Both the position numbers and the translations under genes were made by a program. Below are positions 52,152 through 60,974 of a stretch of 64,000 bases of DNA, one piece after another. Below the pieces are notes generated by a model that had not been told where the DNA came from, ran no database searches, and was given only the letters and a program-made list of their open reading frames with translations. Source of the stretch: Anaerolineales bacterium UBA2181 (GTDB taxonomy: Bacteria > Chloroflexota > Anaerolineae > Promineifilales > UBA4811). Positions within the stretch are counted from its first letter, which is position 1. Every line of letters starts with the position of its first letter. The stretch is taken from positions 24,846 through 88,845 of the forward strand of contig DCVT01000014.1 of the NCBI GenBank assembly GCA_002328075.1. Direction: 5' to 3'.

Positions 52152-53339
52152 TCAGGCAGGTTGTTCGGTCCCGGGTGGGCTTTCTCCCTGGCCGGATAGC
52201 GTCCACAAGACAACCTCGGGCGGGCACAGTAGCCGGGCTCGTGGTGCGGCCCCGCCTTCCATGCCAATGCCGCGCGACACATACAGCCACATTGGTGTCC
52301 GCTTTTCGCCGCCGAGGGAATATAAACCCGATTCGTAACGTTTCCCCAGGACAGAACTGGTGACCAGGGCGCCGTACAACGGCAACCGAATCTGGCCTCC
52401 GTGAGTGTGACCCGAAAGCTGCAAATCCAATCCGGCTTCTGCAGCCTGGGGCGCTAGATCCGGAGTGTGGTAGATAAGGATCTTGGGGACGCCGCGGGGT
52501 GCGCTGCTCAAGACAGTATCGAGTTTCTGCCCGTCTACGGTGGGGTTGTGACTGCAGCTCAACCCGACCAGAATGAGGGCATTGCCGTTTGGCTGCACCT
52601 CAATCCAGGAATCCCGTAACCAGTGAACGTGGTCAAGATCGCTGAGAATAGCTTCGGTTGACGATGTCAGGTCAACCAGAGGGCTTCCGGAGACGGCGTA
52701 CACGCCCCAGGGAGCAGTCCACCGACTGACGGCTGCCCGGGCGGCGTCGATCGACCCGGCCTCTCGGTTGAAGGACAGGTTGAGCAGGTCACCGCTGAAA
52801 CAGACCAGGTCCGGTTTCAGGTGCTCAATGACCGACTGTAGTCGGTTGCTGAGCAAGCCTTCCCGCTCCAGATGCAGGTCGGTCAGATGCAGCAGCCGGA
52901 CCACGGGTGCGTTGGTCGGCCAAGTGGCAACCTGCAGGGACAGTCGGGTGACCCGGATCCGAAATGGCTCGACCCACGTGGAGTGGGCGACAACAACGGT
53001 GGCCATTCCCATCACGCCCCAAAAGGCAGGTGTATGGCCAGCGTCCGGCATCAGTGCCGCCACGAACGCCCGGCAACCGGCCAGGCCCAGCAGTGGGGGG
53101 TGGATCGGTCCCCACGAACGGTGAGTTAGCGGCAGGCCGGCCAAAAGGATCCAATCGAGCAGAACAAAGAGTAACCACCCGGCAGCGGCCGGCAAGTCTC
53201 CCAGCCATCGGCACAAACCAGCCGCCGCCAGACACAGCAGCAGAATAACCGCCGGAACTGGAACCTTCTCCAGAACGGTGGGCCCGACCAGCAGGCGATG
53301 CAGGACGCGGGTTGGATCGGCCCCTGGGAGGCCGGTCAT
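52152..53339 (-). CDS. Membrane-anchored metallophosphoesterase (YaeI-like)
   Basis: N-terminal TM helices. LHLTDLHL, FSGDLLN, HW..., SGHTHGGQIRLP. Confidence 0.8.
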   Translation of the reverse strand: MTGLPGADPTRVLHRLLVGPTVLEKVPVPAVILLLCLAAAGLCRWLGDLPAAAGWLLFVLLDWILLAGLPLTHRSWGPIHPPLLGLAGCRAFVAALMPDAGHTPAFWGVMGMATVVVAHSTWVEPFRIRVTRLSLQVATWPTNAPVVRLLHLTDLHLEREGLLSNRLQSVIEHLKPDLVCFSGDLLNLSFNREAGSIDAARAAVSRWTAPWGVYAVSGSPLVDLTSSTEAILSDLDHVHWLRDSWIEVQPNGNALILVGLSCSHNPTVDGQKLDTVLSSAPRGVPKILIYHTPDLAPQAAEAGLDLQLSGHTHGGQIRLPLYGALVTSSVLGKRYESGLYSLGGEKRTPMWLYVSRGIGMEGGAAPRARLLCPPEVVLWTLSGQGESPPGTEQPA

Positions 53340-53674
53340 CCCTCAATAGGAACGAGGCAGATGAACCTCAGGATTCCGTCTCCTCGGTTGATGAACTGGT
53401 GCGGTTCCATTCCCGGCACGAATACCACGCTGCCGTGGCTGACGGCCGTTTCCTGTTCAACTTCGTGGCGCACGGTTCCCTCTCCGGTCAGGACAAAGAC
53501 CTCGTGCTCCCAGGCATGGCTATGGTACGGCGTTGAATGGCCGGGTTCAACCTCGAAAACCCGCATGGCAAAGTGGGGTGCTCCATCCTCCTTGCCAACC
53601 ACCCACCTGACGGTGATTCCCGGCCCTTCTGCCACGGGTTCGGGCCGCGTCTGGGTATAGTGCTGTATCTTCAT
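53336..53674 (-). CDS. Cupin-domain protein
   Basis: GHSTPYHSHAWEHEVFVLTGEG...GSVVFVPGMEPHQF. AGGAG RBS before ATG 53674. ATGA overlap with the downstream phosphoesterase gene. The longer track ORF would overlap tRNA-Leu. Confidence 0.8.
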   Translation of the reverse strand: MKIQHYTQTRPEPVAEGPGITVRWVVGKEDGAPHFAMRVFEVEPGHSTPYHSHAWEHEVFVLTGEGTVRHEVEQETAVSHGSVVFVPGMEPHQFINRGDGILRFICLVPIEG

Positions 53675-53727
53675 GACCGCTCCTGTAAAAAAAGCAAAAG
53701 CCCTGGCGCAACACACCAGGGCTCCGA

Positions 53728-53811
<84 letters not shown>

Positions 53812-53835
53812 CTAACACGGTGATATTATAGCCGA

Positions 53836-54570
53836 GTGGAATCCCTTGTCAACCGCGCTCCCTTGCTTTACAATGATGTCAGCAAGGATGCCTGGCACGT
53901 GTTGGAACCGCCGCACGACGAATTATCTCTGTTCCCATTGCGGACCGTACTGTTTCCGGGAATGCCGCTGCCCTTGCACATATTTGAGGAGCGGTACAAG
54001 TGCATGATTGAGGACTGTGTTCAACAGTCAAAACCGTTCGGTGTTGTGCTCATCCAGCGCGGCCGGGAAGTCGGCGGTGAGGCCGAGCCGTTTCCGGTGG
54101 GTACCTCGGCTGTGATCACAAAGGTGACGCGTTTGCGGGAAAACCGGCTGAACATCCTGACCGTTGGGTACCAGCGTTTTCGCATTCTCTCGCTCCTGCG
54201 CGATCGCCCGTTCCTGCGTGGCGTGATCCAGATTCTGCCACCGGTGCAGGACGAAGCTACCAAAGCCTACCACCTGGCGAAAGCCGTGAGTCAGCGGCTG
54301 CCGGCATATGTGGACCTCTTGGCAAAGATGGCCAAATCTGAGTTGGAGTTGTCGCCGTTACCTGAAAAACCGGCCCTGCTGGCTTTTCTGACTGCAATCT
54401 TGCTGCAGATCCGGCCGGTGGACAAACAGGCTCTGCTGGCCGCCGAAACTATCCCAGATATGTTGGCTCTGGAGCTCTGTTACCTTGCGCGTGAACAGAG
54501 GTTGTTGCGAGCGCACATTGGGATAGAGTACGACCTGGCTGAAGGCGCCGTTCCCTTTTCTGAGAACTGA
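53836..54570 (+). CDS. Stand-alone LON N-terminal (substrate-binding) domain protein
   Basis: LSLFPLRTVLFPGMPLPLHIFEERYKCMI, FGVVLI. No AAA+ or protease part. The start (GTG 53836 or an in-frame GTG near 53899) is uncertain. Confidence 0.7.
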   Translation: MESLVNRAPLLYNDVSKDAWHVLEPPHDELSLFPLRTVLFPGMPLPLHIFEERYKCMIEDCVQQSKPFGVVLIQRGREVGGEAEPFPVGTSAVITKVTRLRENRLNILTVGYQRFRILSLLRDRPFLRGVIQILPPVQDEATKAYHLAKAVSQRLPAYVDLLAKMAKSELELSPLPEKPALLAFLTAILLQIRPVDKQALLAAETIPDMLALELCYLAREQRLLRAHIGIEYDLAEGAVPFSEN

Positions 54571-54576
54571 CACTAT

Positions 54577-55680
54577 ATGGCCTCACCACCACCTCCCCGG
54601 CCGTGGCTGACCCGGCGAGAAATCGTTCAGGTTGCGCGTGATTCTATCCAGAATTACACCCTGCACCGCACCAATCGGATGGCGGCCGCGCTGGCATATT
54701 ACACCCTGTTTTCGCTCTTTCCTCTGCTGCTTCTGCTGTTGGCGATCATCGGTTTCCTGCTGAATGCTGGCTGGCCGGCAGCGCGGGACGCCAGTCAGTA
54801 TGTCATGGATCTGGTGGCCGAACTGCTGCCCGAGGTAGGGGGGTTGGTCAGCAGCGCGTTAGCCTCCATCCAAAACGGACGAGGCACCTCAAGTGTCATC
54901 GGTGTATTAGGCCTCCTGTGGTCGGCTTCGTCTACGTTCAACCAGCTTCACCTGGCACTTGACCAGATATGGGGACTCAACGGCATCGGCAGCATTGGTC
55001 TCACCGTTCGCCGGCGGGCAATATCCATCGCCGTTGTGCTGGGATTGGGTTTGCTGCTCGTGCTTTCGCAAGTGGCGCGGAGCACTTGGTACTGGCTATC
55101 CGGTCTGACACACGAGGTGCCTGGGATGGCGCTGGCCCAGGCTATGTTCACCTGGTTGCTCCCATTTGTTGTTTCAACCGTTGTTTTTGGCCTGATGTTC
55201 CGTTCGTTCCCCTCGGTGCCCATCAGCTGGCGAGACGTATGGCCGGGCGCGGTGCTGGCGGGTGTGGGCTGGGAGTCGCTCAAGCTCCTCTTTGGCCTCT
55301 ACGCCGGTCAATTCGCCAACTGGCAGGCAGTGTACGGCCCAGTGGCAGGGGTCATTGGTCTACTTACCTGGTTGTACCTCTCTTTTGTGGTCATACTATT
55401 CGGTGCCGAGTTCGCCGCTGCCTACTCGACCTTGTTGCGTTCGACGCCGGTCCTGTCAGCTGAGATGATGCCTGTGCCGGCCATGGTTGCACCAAACCTT
55501 GCAGTTGCACAGCCCGAACCCGCCAGGTTGGCCAATCTTAAACCGTCATCCAACAAACGCAGAAACGTGCCGAGCATGGCAGCGGGTACGGCAGCCGGCG
55601 TGTTGGGGGGTGTGACGGCATTGGGTTTGGTCGTCGGGTGGTTGCTCGGGTGGCGTCCGGGCAGACCCTCCTCACACTAA
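54577..55680 (+). CDS. YihY/BrkB-family (ribonuclease BN-like) integral membrane protein
   Basis: RMAAALAYYTLFSLFPLLLLLLAIIGF, SVIGVLGLLWSAS, ...WLYLSFVVILFGAEF. Confidence 0.8.
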   Translation: MASPPPPRPWLTRREIVQVARDSIQNYTLHRTNRMAAALAYYTLFSLFPLLLLLLAIIGFLLNAGWPAARDASQYVMDLVAELLPEVGGLVSSALASIQNGRGTSSVIGVLGLLWSASSTFNQLHLALDQIWGLNGIGSIGLTVRRRAISIAVVLGLGLLLVLSQVARSTWYWLSGLTHEVPGMALAQAMFTWLLPFVVSTVVFGLMFRSFPSVPISWRDVWPGAVLAGVGWESLKLLFGLYAGQFANWQAVYGPVAGVIGLLTWLYLSFVVILFGAEFAAAYSTLLRSTPVLSAEMMPVPAMVAPNLAVAQPEPARLANLKPSSNKRRNVPSMAAGTAAGVLGGVTALGLVVGWLLGWRPGRPSSH

Positions 55681-55709
55681 CCTGGGTTCGACCCGGTAGA
55701 AATGAGGCG

Positions 55710-56729
55710 ATGATGAGGATTATTCTGGATGCAATGGGTAGTGACAGCTATCCCGGTCCTGATGTAGCAGGCGCGGTGTTGGCGGCGCGGGAATACGGCG
55801 ACGAAATTGTCCTGGTAGGTGACCAGGCCAAGATTCGGGCTGAACTGGCTCAGCATGACGTTCACGGACTGCCGCTCTCCGTCAAACACGCCAGCCAGAT
55901 CGTCGAAATGGGTGAAAGCCCGGCTCAGGCAATCAAGGCGCGCCCGGATTCATCGGTGGTAGTGGGTATGGACCTGGTTCGCTCGGGCGAGGCGGAGGCG
56001 TTCGTCTCAGCCGGTAATACTGGGGCTGTCCTGGCGGGTGCACTCCTTCGGCTGGGCCGCATAAAGGGCATCAAGCGGCCCGGTCTCACCACGCCGTTCC
56101 CATTGCCTACTGGACCGATTGTCCTGCTGGACATTGGCGCCAACGTGGATTGCCGACCCGAATACCTGTACCAGTTTGCACTCATGGGTTCGGCCTATGC
56201 CGAAAGAGCGATGGGCAAGGACCGGCCGCGAGTGGCGATCCTCTCCAACGGCGAAGAAGCCGGCAAGGGGAATGCGCTGGTCAAGGAGGCGTTCCATTTG
56301 CTGGCCGAATCGCCTCTCAACTTTGTGGGTAATGTCGAACCGAAAGAGCTCTTTGCCGGCCAGGCAGACGTGGTTGTGATGGATGGGTTCACCGGCAACA
56401 TATTGGTCAAGTCCGCTGAAGCCGTCTCCAAGATGCTCATCGGGATGATTGGAAAGGAAATCAAGTCGGGGCCGGTGACGACCCTGGGAGGATTGCTGGC
56501 CAAACCGGCCTTTGGACGCGTCAGAGCGCAACTGGATCCGTTCAATGTGGGCGGCGCAGTTTTGCTGGGGGTCAAAGGCGTTGTGATCATTGGTCACGGT
56601 CGTTCCACCGGAGTGGCCATCAAGAATGCAATCCGTCAGGCACGGCTGGCGGTTTCTGGCGGATTGGTGCCCGCCATTGAGACCGGGCTGGCGGCGTTCA
56701 ACCCGGTCACGGAGGCGGAGGAGTCATGA
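55710..56729 (+). CDS. plsX: Phosphate acyltransferase PlsX
   Basis: MRIILDAMGSD..P, VSAGNTGA, NGEE..KG, DVVVMDGFTGNI.LK. Confidence 0.9.
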   Translation: MMRIILDAMGSDSYPGPDVAGAVLAAREYGDEIVLVGDQAKIRAELAQHDVHGLPLSVKHASQIVEMGESPAQAIKARPDSSVVVGMDLVRSGEAEAFVSAGNTGAVLAGALLRLGRIKGIKRPGLTTPFPLPTGPIVLLDIGANVDCRPEYLYQFALMGSAYAERAMGKDRPRVAILSNGEEAGKGNALVKEAFHLLAESPLNFVGNVEPKELFAGQADVVVMDGFTGNILVKSAEAVSKMLIGMIGKEIKSGPVTTLGGLLAKPAFGRVRAQLDPFNVGGAVLLGVKGVVIIGHGRSTGVAIKNAIRQARLAVSGGLVPAIETGLAAFNPVTEAEES

Positions 56730-58006
56730 TCTGTCCGGAACGTAGGGCGCGCGTGGTGGTGACGGGAATGGGCGCCATCACTCCGCTGGCTCTGAATGTG
56801 CCCGACACGTGGTCGGCGCTGCAGGCTGGGAGATCGGGCGTTGGTCCAATCACCCGTTTTGATGCCTCGGAGCTTCCCTGCAGGATCGCGGCCGAGGTTC
56901 GGGATTTCCGTCCGCAGGACTATATGCCTTTGAAAGAGGCGCGACGTATGGCGCGGGCGTCGCAGTTTGCGGTGGCGGCCTGCCGCGAGGCGCTAACCGA
57001 TGCCCGTTTGCCGCTTCCCCTGGCCGATCCGGAGCGCACGGGAGTGCTCATCGGGAGTGGCATCGGCGGCTTTGCTCAAGCGGACGAAGCCATGCAGCAG
57101 TATCGGGCCCGCGGGTATCGCGCCGTGAGCCCGTTCGCGCTTGTGTCGTCGCTGGCAAATATGGCGTCTTACCATGTGAGTCTGGGGATCAAATCGCTGG
57201 GCCCAATCAGCACGGTGGTGGCTGCCTGTGCCACCGGAACCCAATCCATCGGTGAGGCATGCGAGTGGATACGTCGCGGCATTGTGGATGTGGTGATCGC
57301 CGGTGGAGTTGAGGAGACGGTGCACGAGGGAGCGCTGGTTGGTTTTCTGGCCATGCGGGCGCTTTCAATGCGCAATGATGAACCGGCTCGGGCGAGTCGA
57401 CCGTTCGACGCGGGTCGCGACGGTTTCGTGGTGGGTGAAGGCGCGGCTCTGGTGGTGCTGGAGAGCCTGGATCACGCCCGAGCGCGGGGTGCCAGCATCT
57501 ACGCGGAGGTGTTGGGGCATGCCTCATCGTCAGATGCCTTTCACGCGGCCGCACCTGACCCGAATGGCGCCGGAGCGGTGCGAGCCATGAGATGGGCGAT
57601 CCAGGATGCGGGGATTCAGCTCTCGGAGGTGGACCTGATCAACGCCCACGGCAGTTCTACGCCCGTGAATGACGAGACTGAAACCAGAGCGATCAAGACG
57701 GTTTTTGGTGAGCATGCCCGCCGCTTGGCGGTGAACTCGACCAAATCCATGGTTGGCCATATGATGGGCGCGGCCGGCGCCATTGAGGCAATCACTTGCG
57801 CCCTGGCCATTCGCGACGGGATCATTCACCCGACTATCAACTATGAGGAGCCGGACCCGGCCTGCGACCTGGACTACGTGCCCAACTTGGCCCGTCAGGC
57901 AACGGTCAAGGTCGCGCTCTCCAACTCATTTGGCCTCGGTGGCCAAAATGCCTGTCTGGTTCTGGGAAAACTTGAGGAGAACAGCCAAGATGCTGATTGT
58001 TCGTGA
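56726..58006 (+). CDS. fabF: Beta-ketoacyl-ACP synthase II
   Basis: RVVVTGMGAITP, active-site AACATG, INAHGSSTP, HMMGAAG, SNSFGLGGQNACLV. ATGA overlap with plsX. Confidence 0.92.
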   Translation: MICPERRARVVVTGMGAITPLALNVPDTWSALQAGRSGVGPITRFDASELPCRIAAEVRDFRPQDYMPLKEARRMARASQFAVAACREALTDARLPLPLADPERTGVLIGSGIGGFAQADEAMQQYRARGYRAVSPFALVSSLANMASYHVSLGIKSLGPISTVVAACATGTQSIGEACEWIRRGIVDVVIAGGVEETVHEGALVGFLAMRALSMRNDEPARASRPFDAGRDGFVVGEGAALVVLESLDHARARGASIYAEVLGHASSSDAFHAAAPDPNGAGAVRAMRWAIQDAGIQLSEVDLINAHGSSTPVNDETETRAIKTVFGEHARRLAVNSTKSMVGHMMGAAGAIEAITCALAIRDGIIHPTINYEEPDPACDLDYVPNLARQATVKVALSNSFGLGGQNACLVLGKLEENSQDADCS

Positions 58007-58715
58007 TGAGGGTCTGGTCCGGCGACGGAAGAAAATCGGGCAATTTGCCAGTCTGTTGGGGTTGGCGATTCTGGTAAGTGGCATGGTGGTCACCTGGGTA
58101 GCGCCCCGGTGGGGGTTCTCTGGCACTCTGGTCCTCTATTTGCCGTTCCTGGCGCTGTTGGTCGGGTTCATCCTTTCGAACATCGGGATCTATTACACGA
58201 ACCGCTGGGGTCGTTCGCCCAGGCCCGACCAAGTCCTTGACGCCAGCCTCAAGGGTCTGGGCAAGGAGTTCAAGCTATATCACTATGCACTCCGTGTGCC
58301 CCACGTGCTTCTTACGCCGGTTGGGGCCATGGCGCTGGTAATCAAAACCGAAGGTGGCGTCTACACGGTGGACGGAGATCGGTGGCGCCAGCGGTTTTCC
58401 TTCGGCCGGCTGTTGCGGTTTATGGGTCAGGAGGGCATGGGAAACCCGACGCGCGAAGCCCAATATCAGGTGGACGCGCTGCGGCGGTTCGTCAACAAAC
58501 GGGCGCCAGATCTGGCCGAAGTGCCAATCAGTGCCGCAGTAGTCTTTATCAATGACCGGGTCTCGCTCAATGTTGGCGAAACCAGCGTACCGGTGTTGCG
58601 AGCGACCAAGCTAAAGGGCCACGTCCGGTCGTGGACCGAGAAACCCTTATCCAGAAAAGTGCTGGACCAGCTTCAGGCACTGTTTGATGAGGGCTCTGCC
58701 CCCGCGGGCAGATAG
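57990..58715 (+). CDS. Membrane-anchored NERD (nuclease-related domain) protein
   Basis: Two N-terminal TM helices (FASLLGLAILVSGMVVTWV; LVLYLPFLALLVGFILSNIGIYY). NERD-like core: KLYHYALRVPHVLLTPVGAMALVIKTEGGVYTVDGDRWRQ...NPTREAQYQVDALRRFV...AAVVFIND. The start overlaps the fabF 3' end by 17 nt. Confidence 0.65.
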   Translation: MLIVRDEGLVRRRKKIGQFASLLGLAILVSGMVVTWVAPRWGFSGTLVLYLPFLALLVGFILSNIGIYYTNRWGRSPRPDQVLDASLKGLGKEFKLYHYALRVPHVLLTPVGAMALVIKTEGGVYTVDGDRWRQRFSFGRLLRFMGQEGMGNPTREAQYQVDALRRFVNKRAPDLAEVPISAAVVFINDRVSLNVGETSVPVLRATKLKGHVRSWTEKPLSRKVLDQLQALFDEGSAPAGR

Positions 58716-58722
58716 AACGCAA

Positions 58723-58766
58723 CAATGAGAGGACGCCTGTCGGTTACGGCAGCCGCCCTCTCATTG
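58723..58766. terminator. Hairpin between convergent genes (NERD gene + / SPFH gene -), a possible bidirectional terminator
   Basis: CAATGAGAGG (58723-58732) pairs perfectly with CCTCTCATTG (58757-58766). No clear U-tract. Confidence 0.45.
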
Positions 58767-58779
58767 CGGGTTGCCCATG

Positions 58780-59844
58780 CTAGGCCGCCATGTATTCGTC
58801 GATGGCCGCTTTGGTGACCCGAAATGTGGTCCCCAGTTTCTTCGCCTTGAGTGAGCCATCTGCGATCATAGCAAGCACGTCGGCCTCGGTGATCTGCAGG
58901 TAGGCGGCGGCCTGGGCTGTAGTCATGATATCCGGTATCGCGCCCGTTGGAGCAGCTGCCGGCTGCGCCGGTTGGGCGGGCTGCGGTGGCTGCGCGGGCT
59001 GTTGTTGACCGGCCATTATGCCCTGCGTCATTTGTTGGGCAATGGCCATTCCTGCACCTAACCCTGCGCCAACCCCGGCCACGCCACCCGGCTGTTTGGC
59101 GGCCTCCACGGTGGCCTTGGCTGTTTGCATCGCCTGATACCCCTGGACCCGGCCAGCGTTCACCAGGCCCATTTCTGCCAGGACCTCCAATTGGTTCGGA
59201 GCCGGTTTGAGGGAGTTGACCACCAGCGCCTTGAGCATTACCCCCCACTGCTCAAAGACCTCCGCGCATTTGGCGCGGACCGCTCCCCGTATCTCTTCCA
59301 CCATGCCTGCCAGGTCCAGGACGGACAGCTTCAGTTCGCCCAACACATCCTGCAGCTTTTCCAGGATGACTCCCCGCAGCATGTTTTCGATATCTCGAGT
59401 CGAGTAGGACGAGGTAGCTCCCACAATCTTGGCCACGAACATCTGCGGGTTGCTCACCTGAATGGAATAGGAGCCAAACCCCTGCAAGGCGGCCGCGCCG
59501 AACTCGGGGTCCCGCACGATTACCGGCTGCTGGGTTCCCCAGCCCAGGTTCAGGAACTCGGTCATGTTGACAAAAAAGACCTCCGCCGTAAAGGGGGTGC
59601 GGTTGTCAAAAACCTTGCCGATCAGGTTCGTCAGCAACGGGACGTTGGCAGTGGTAATGGTATGCCGGCCGGCCTGGAACGTGTCCAGCGCCTGCCCGTC
59701 GCGCACAAACACCGCCGCCTGGCTCTCACGCACCACCAGTTGTGATCCAATGCGAAAGTCACCCGATCCTTGTTCGGGGATTCGGCGCACCATCTCGTTG
59801 CGCATCGCATCAGGGTACTCGATAACGTCGAACACTCGTGCCAT
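58780..59844 (-). CDS. SPFH/band-7 protein of the YdjI/COG4260 type with a C-terminal excisionase-type (HTH_17-like) helix-turn-helix
   Basis: VFDVIEYPDAMRNEMVRRIP...IGSQLVVRESQAAVFVRDGQ...TAEVFFVNMTEFLNLGWGTQQP matches the YdjI-like SPFH pattern. Gln/Pro/Ala low-complexity linker. Last ~50 aa MTTAQAAAYLQITEADVLAMIADGSLKAKKLGTTFRVTKAAIDEYM resembles excisionase/MerR-type HTH. AGGAGAG RBS before ATG 59844. Confidence 0.8.
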   Translation of the reverse strand: MARVFDVIEYPDAMRNEMVRRIPEQGSGDFRIGSQLVVRESQAAVFVRDGQALDTFQAGRHTITTANVPLLTNLIGKVFDNRTPFTAEVFFVNMTEFLNLGWGTQQPVIVRDPEFGAAALQGFGSYSIQVSNPQMFVAKIVGATSSYSTRDIENMLRGVILEKLQDVLGELKLSVLDLAGMVEEIRGAVRAKCAEVFEQWGVMLKALVVNSLKPAPNQLEVLAEMGLVNAGRVQGYQAMQTAKATVEAAKQPGGVAGVGAGLGAGMAIAQQMTQGIMAGQQQPAQPPQPAQPAQPAAAPTGAIPDIMTTAQAAAYLQITEADVLAMIADGSLKAKKLGTTFRVTKAAIDEYMAA

Positions 59845-59922
59845 GACAATCTCTCCTCTACCGTGCAATCGTGGCAGGCCGGTGCCGACGGGCTGCTTCC
59901 CGTGCACCGACCTGATTTGCTT

Positions 59923-60441
59923 CTACTGACTGGTCATCGCCTCCTCGCGGCGACGAAAAGCGTCCATGGCCGTCCGCGCCGTGCTGTTGAACGCACGGAC
60001 GGCGGCCTGCAACCCCTGGCCTTCGTCAATCGCTGCCTGGACGGCGTCCAAAGCCGCGTCGACCTCCTGGACGTGCTCAAAGAGTTGGTTGTCATACTCG
60101 TACAGCTTGGTCAGCTCGTCCGAATCCTTTTTCACCTTGTCAAACAGGCCGGCGTATCCATAACTGGCCGTGCGAATCGAGTCGGCAAAGGTCCCCAATT
60201 GGGTTTGCGCCCGCTCCATATCATCTAGGAGCAACAACCCCGGTCCGCTAAGCATCTGCTGCTGCAGGTCGTTCACCCGCCGGCGTTCGTCCTCCACACG
60301 CTGCGCCAGCGTCTGGCGTAGAAGCTTGTCCGCGGCCCGCAAATCGTTCCGCTCCACAAAGTCACCCAAACCAGGGATCTTGGCAATCAACTTGGCCAAG
60401 CCGGACTTACCCTCCGTGATCTGCTGCAAGTAATCTGACAT
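59923..60441 (-). CDS. Hypothetical soluble all-helical / coiled-coil-like protein (operon member)
   Basis: About 172 aa with no TM and heptad-like charged helices (LRQTLAQRVEDERRRVNDLQQQML; ELTKLYEYDNQLFEHVQEVDAALDAVQAAIDEG). GAAGGAG RBS 9 nt before ATG 60441. No family recognised. Confidence 0.6.
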   Translation of the reverse strand: MSDYLQQITEGKSGLAKLIAKIPGLGDFVERNDLRAADKLLRQTLAQRVEDERRRVNDLQQQMLSGPGLLLLDDMERAQTQLGTFADSIRTASYGYAGLFDKVKKDSDELTKLYEYDNQLFEHVQEVDAALDAVQAAIDEGQGLQAAVRAFNSTARTAMDAFRRREEAMTSQ

Positions 60442-60455
60442 GGAAAACATCTCCT

Positions 60456-60968
60456 TCAACTGATGAAATACTCTGTTCCACAGAACGGGCAGCGCAAGAC
60501 GCCTTTGCCCGCCAAACGCACGGCACCCCCGCAGTGTTTGCAGCTGGTTTCCTGGTTCAGTTGGCTGGCCTGTTCGCTGTACAGCGTTCCCTGATCCCAG
60601 TTGATGTAACCACTGAACAACCCCTTGTCCACCAGATCATAGATCCAGTGTCGGACTTGCTCACGGTTCGTCCGCAGCTCCAACACCAGATCAGAGATGT
60701 TGACCTGCCCCTGGGCCTTGATGATGCCCAGCAATCGGCGCTGCCGGGCGACCTCCGCCATGGCCTTGTCCTCGCGATTGGCCTGGGTCAACAGAAAGGC
60801 TCCTCCACCGATCAGGGGAGCCACGATGATCAAGGCCAGAACACCACCCAAAGCAGCGCCACCACGTGTCTTGGCTTCAACCACCAAGACCCAGGCAATG
60901 GACGCCAGCAGGATGACCAGTCCAACGCCGATCAAGATGAACCCAATTGCTTTACCACTGCTTTTCAT
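60456..60968 (-). CDS. Membrane protein: 2 TM helices plus winged-helix-like segment plus C-terminal C4 zinc ribbon (operon member)
   Basis: TM1 AIGFILIGVGLVILLASIAWVLVV. TM2 AALGGVLALIIVAPLIGGGAFLL. VNISDLVLELRTNREQVRHWIYDLVDKGLFSGYINWDQGTLY (wH-like). CKHC-x13-CPFC. Confidence 0.7.
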   Translation of the reverse strand: MKSSGKAIGFILIGVGLVILLASIAWVLVVEAKTRGGAALGGVLALIIVAPLIGGGAFLLTQANREDKAMAEVARQRRLLGIIKAQGQVNISDLVLELRTNREQVRHWIYDLVDKGLFSGYINWDQGTLYSEQASQLNQETSCKHCGGAVRLAGKGVLRCPFCGTEYFIS

Positions 60969-60974
60969 CTGACT

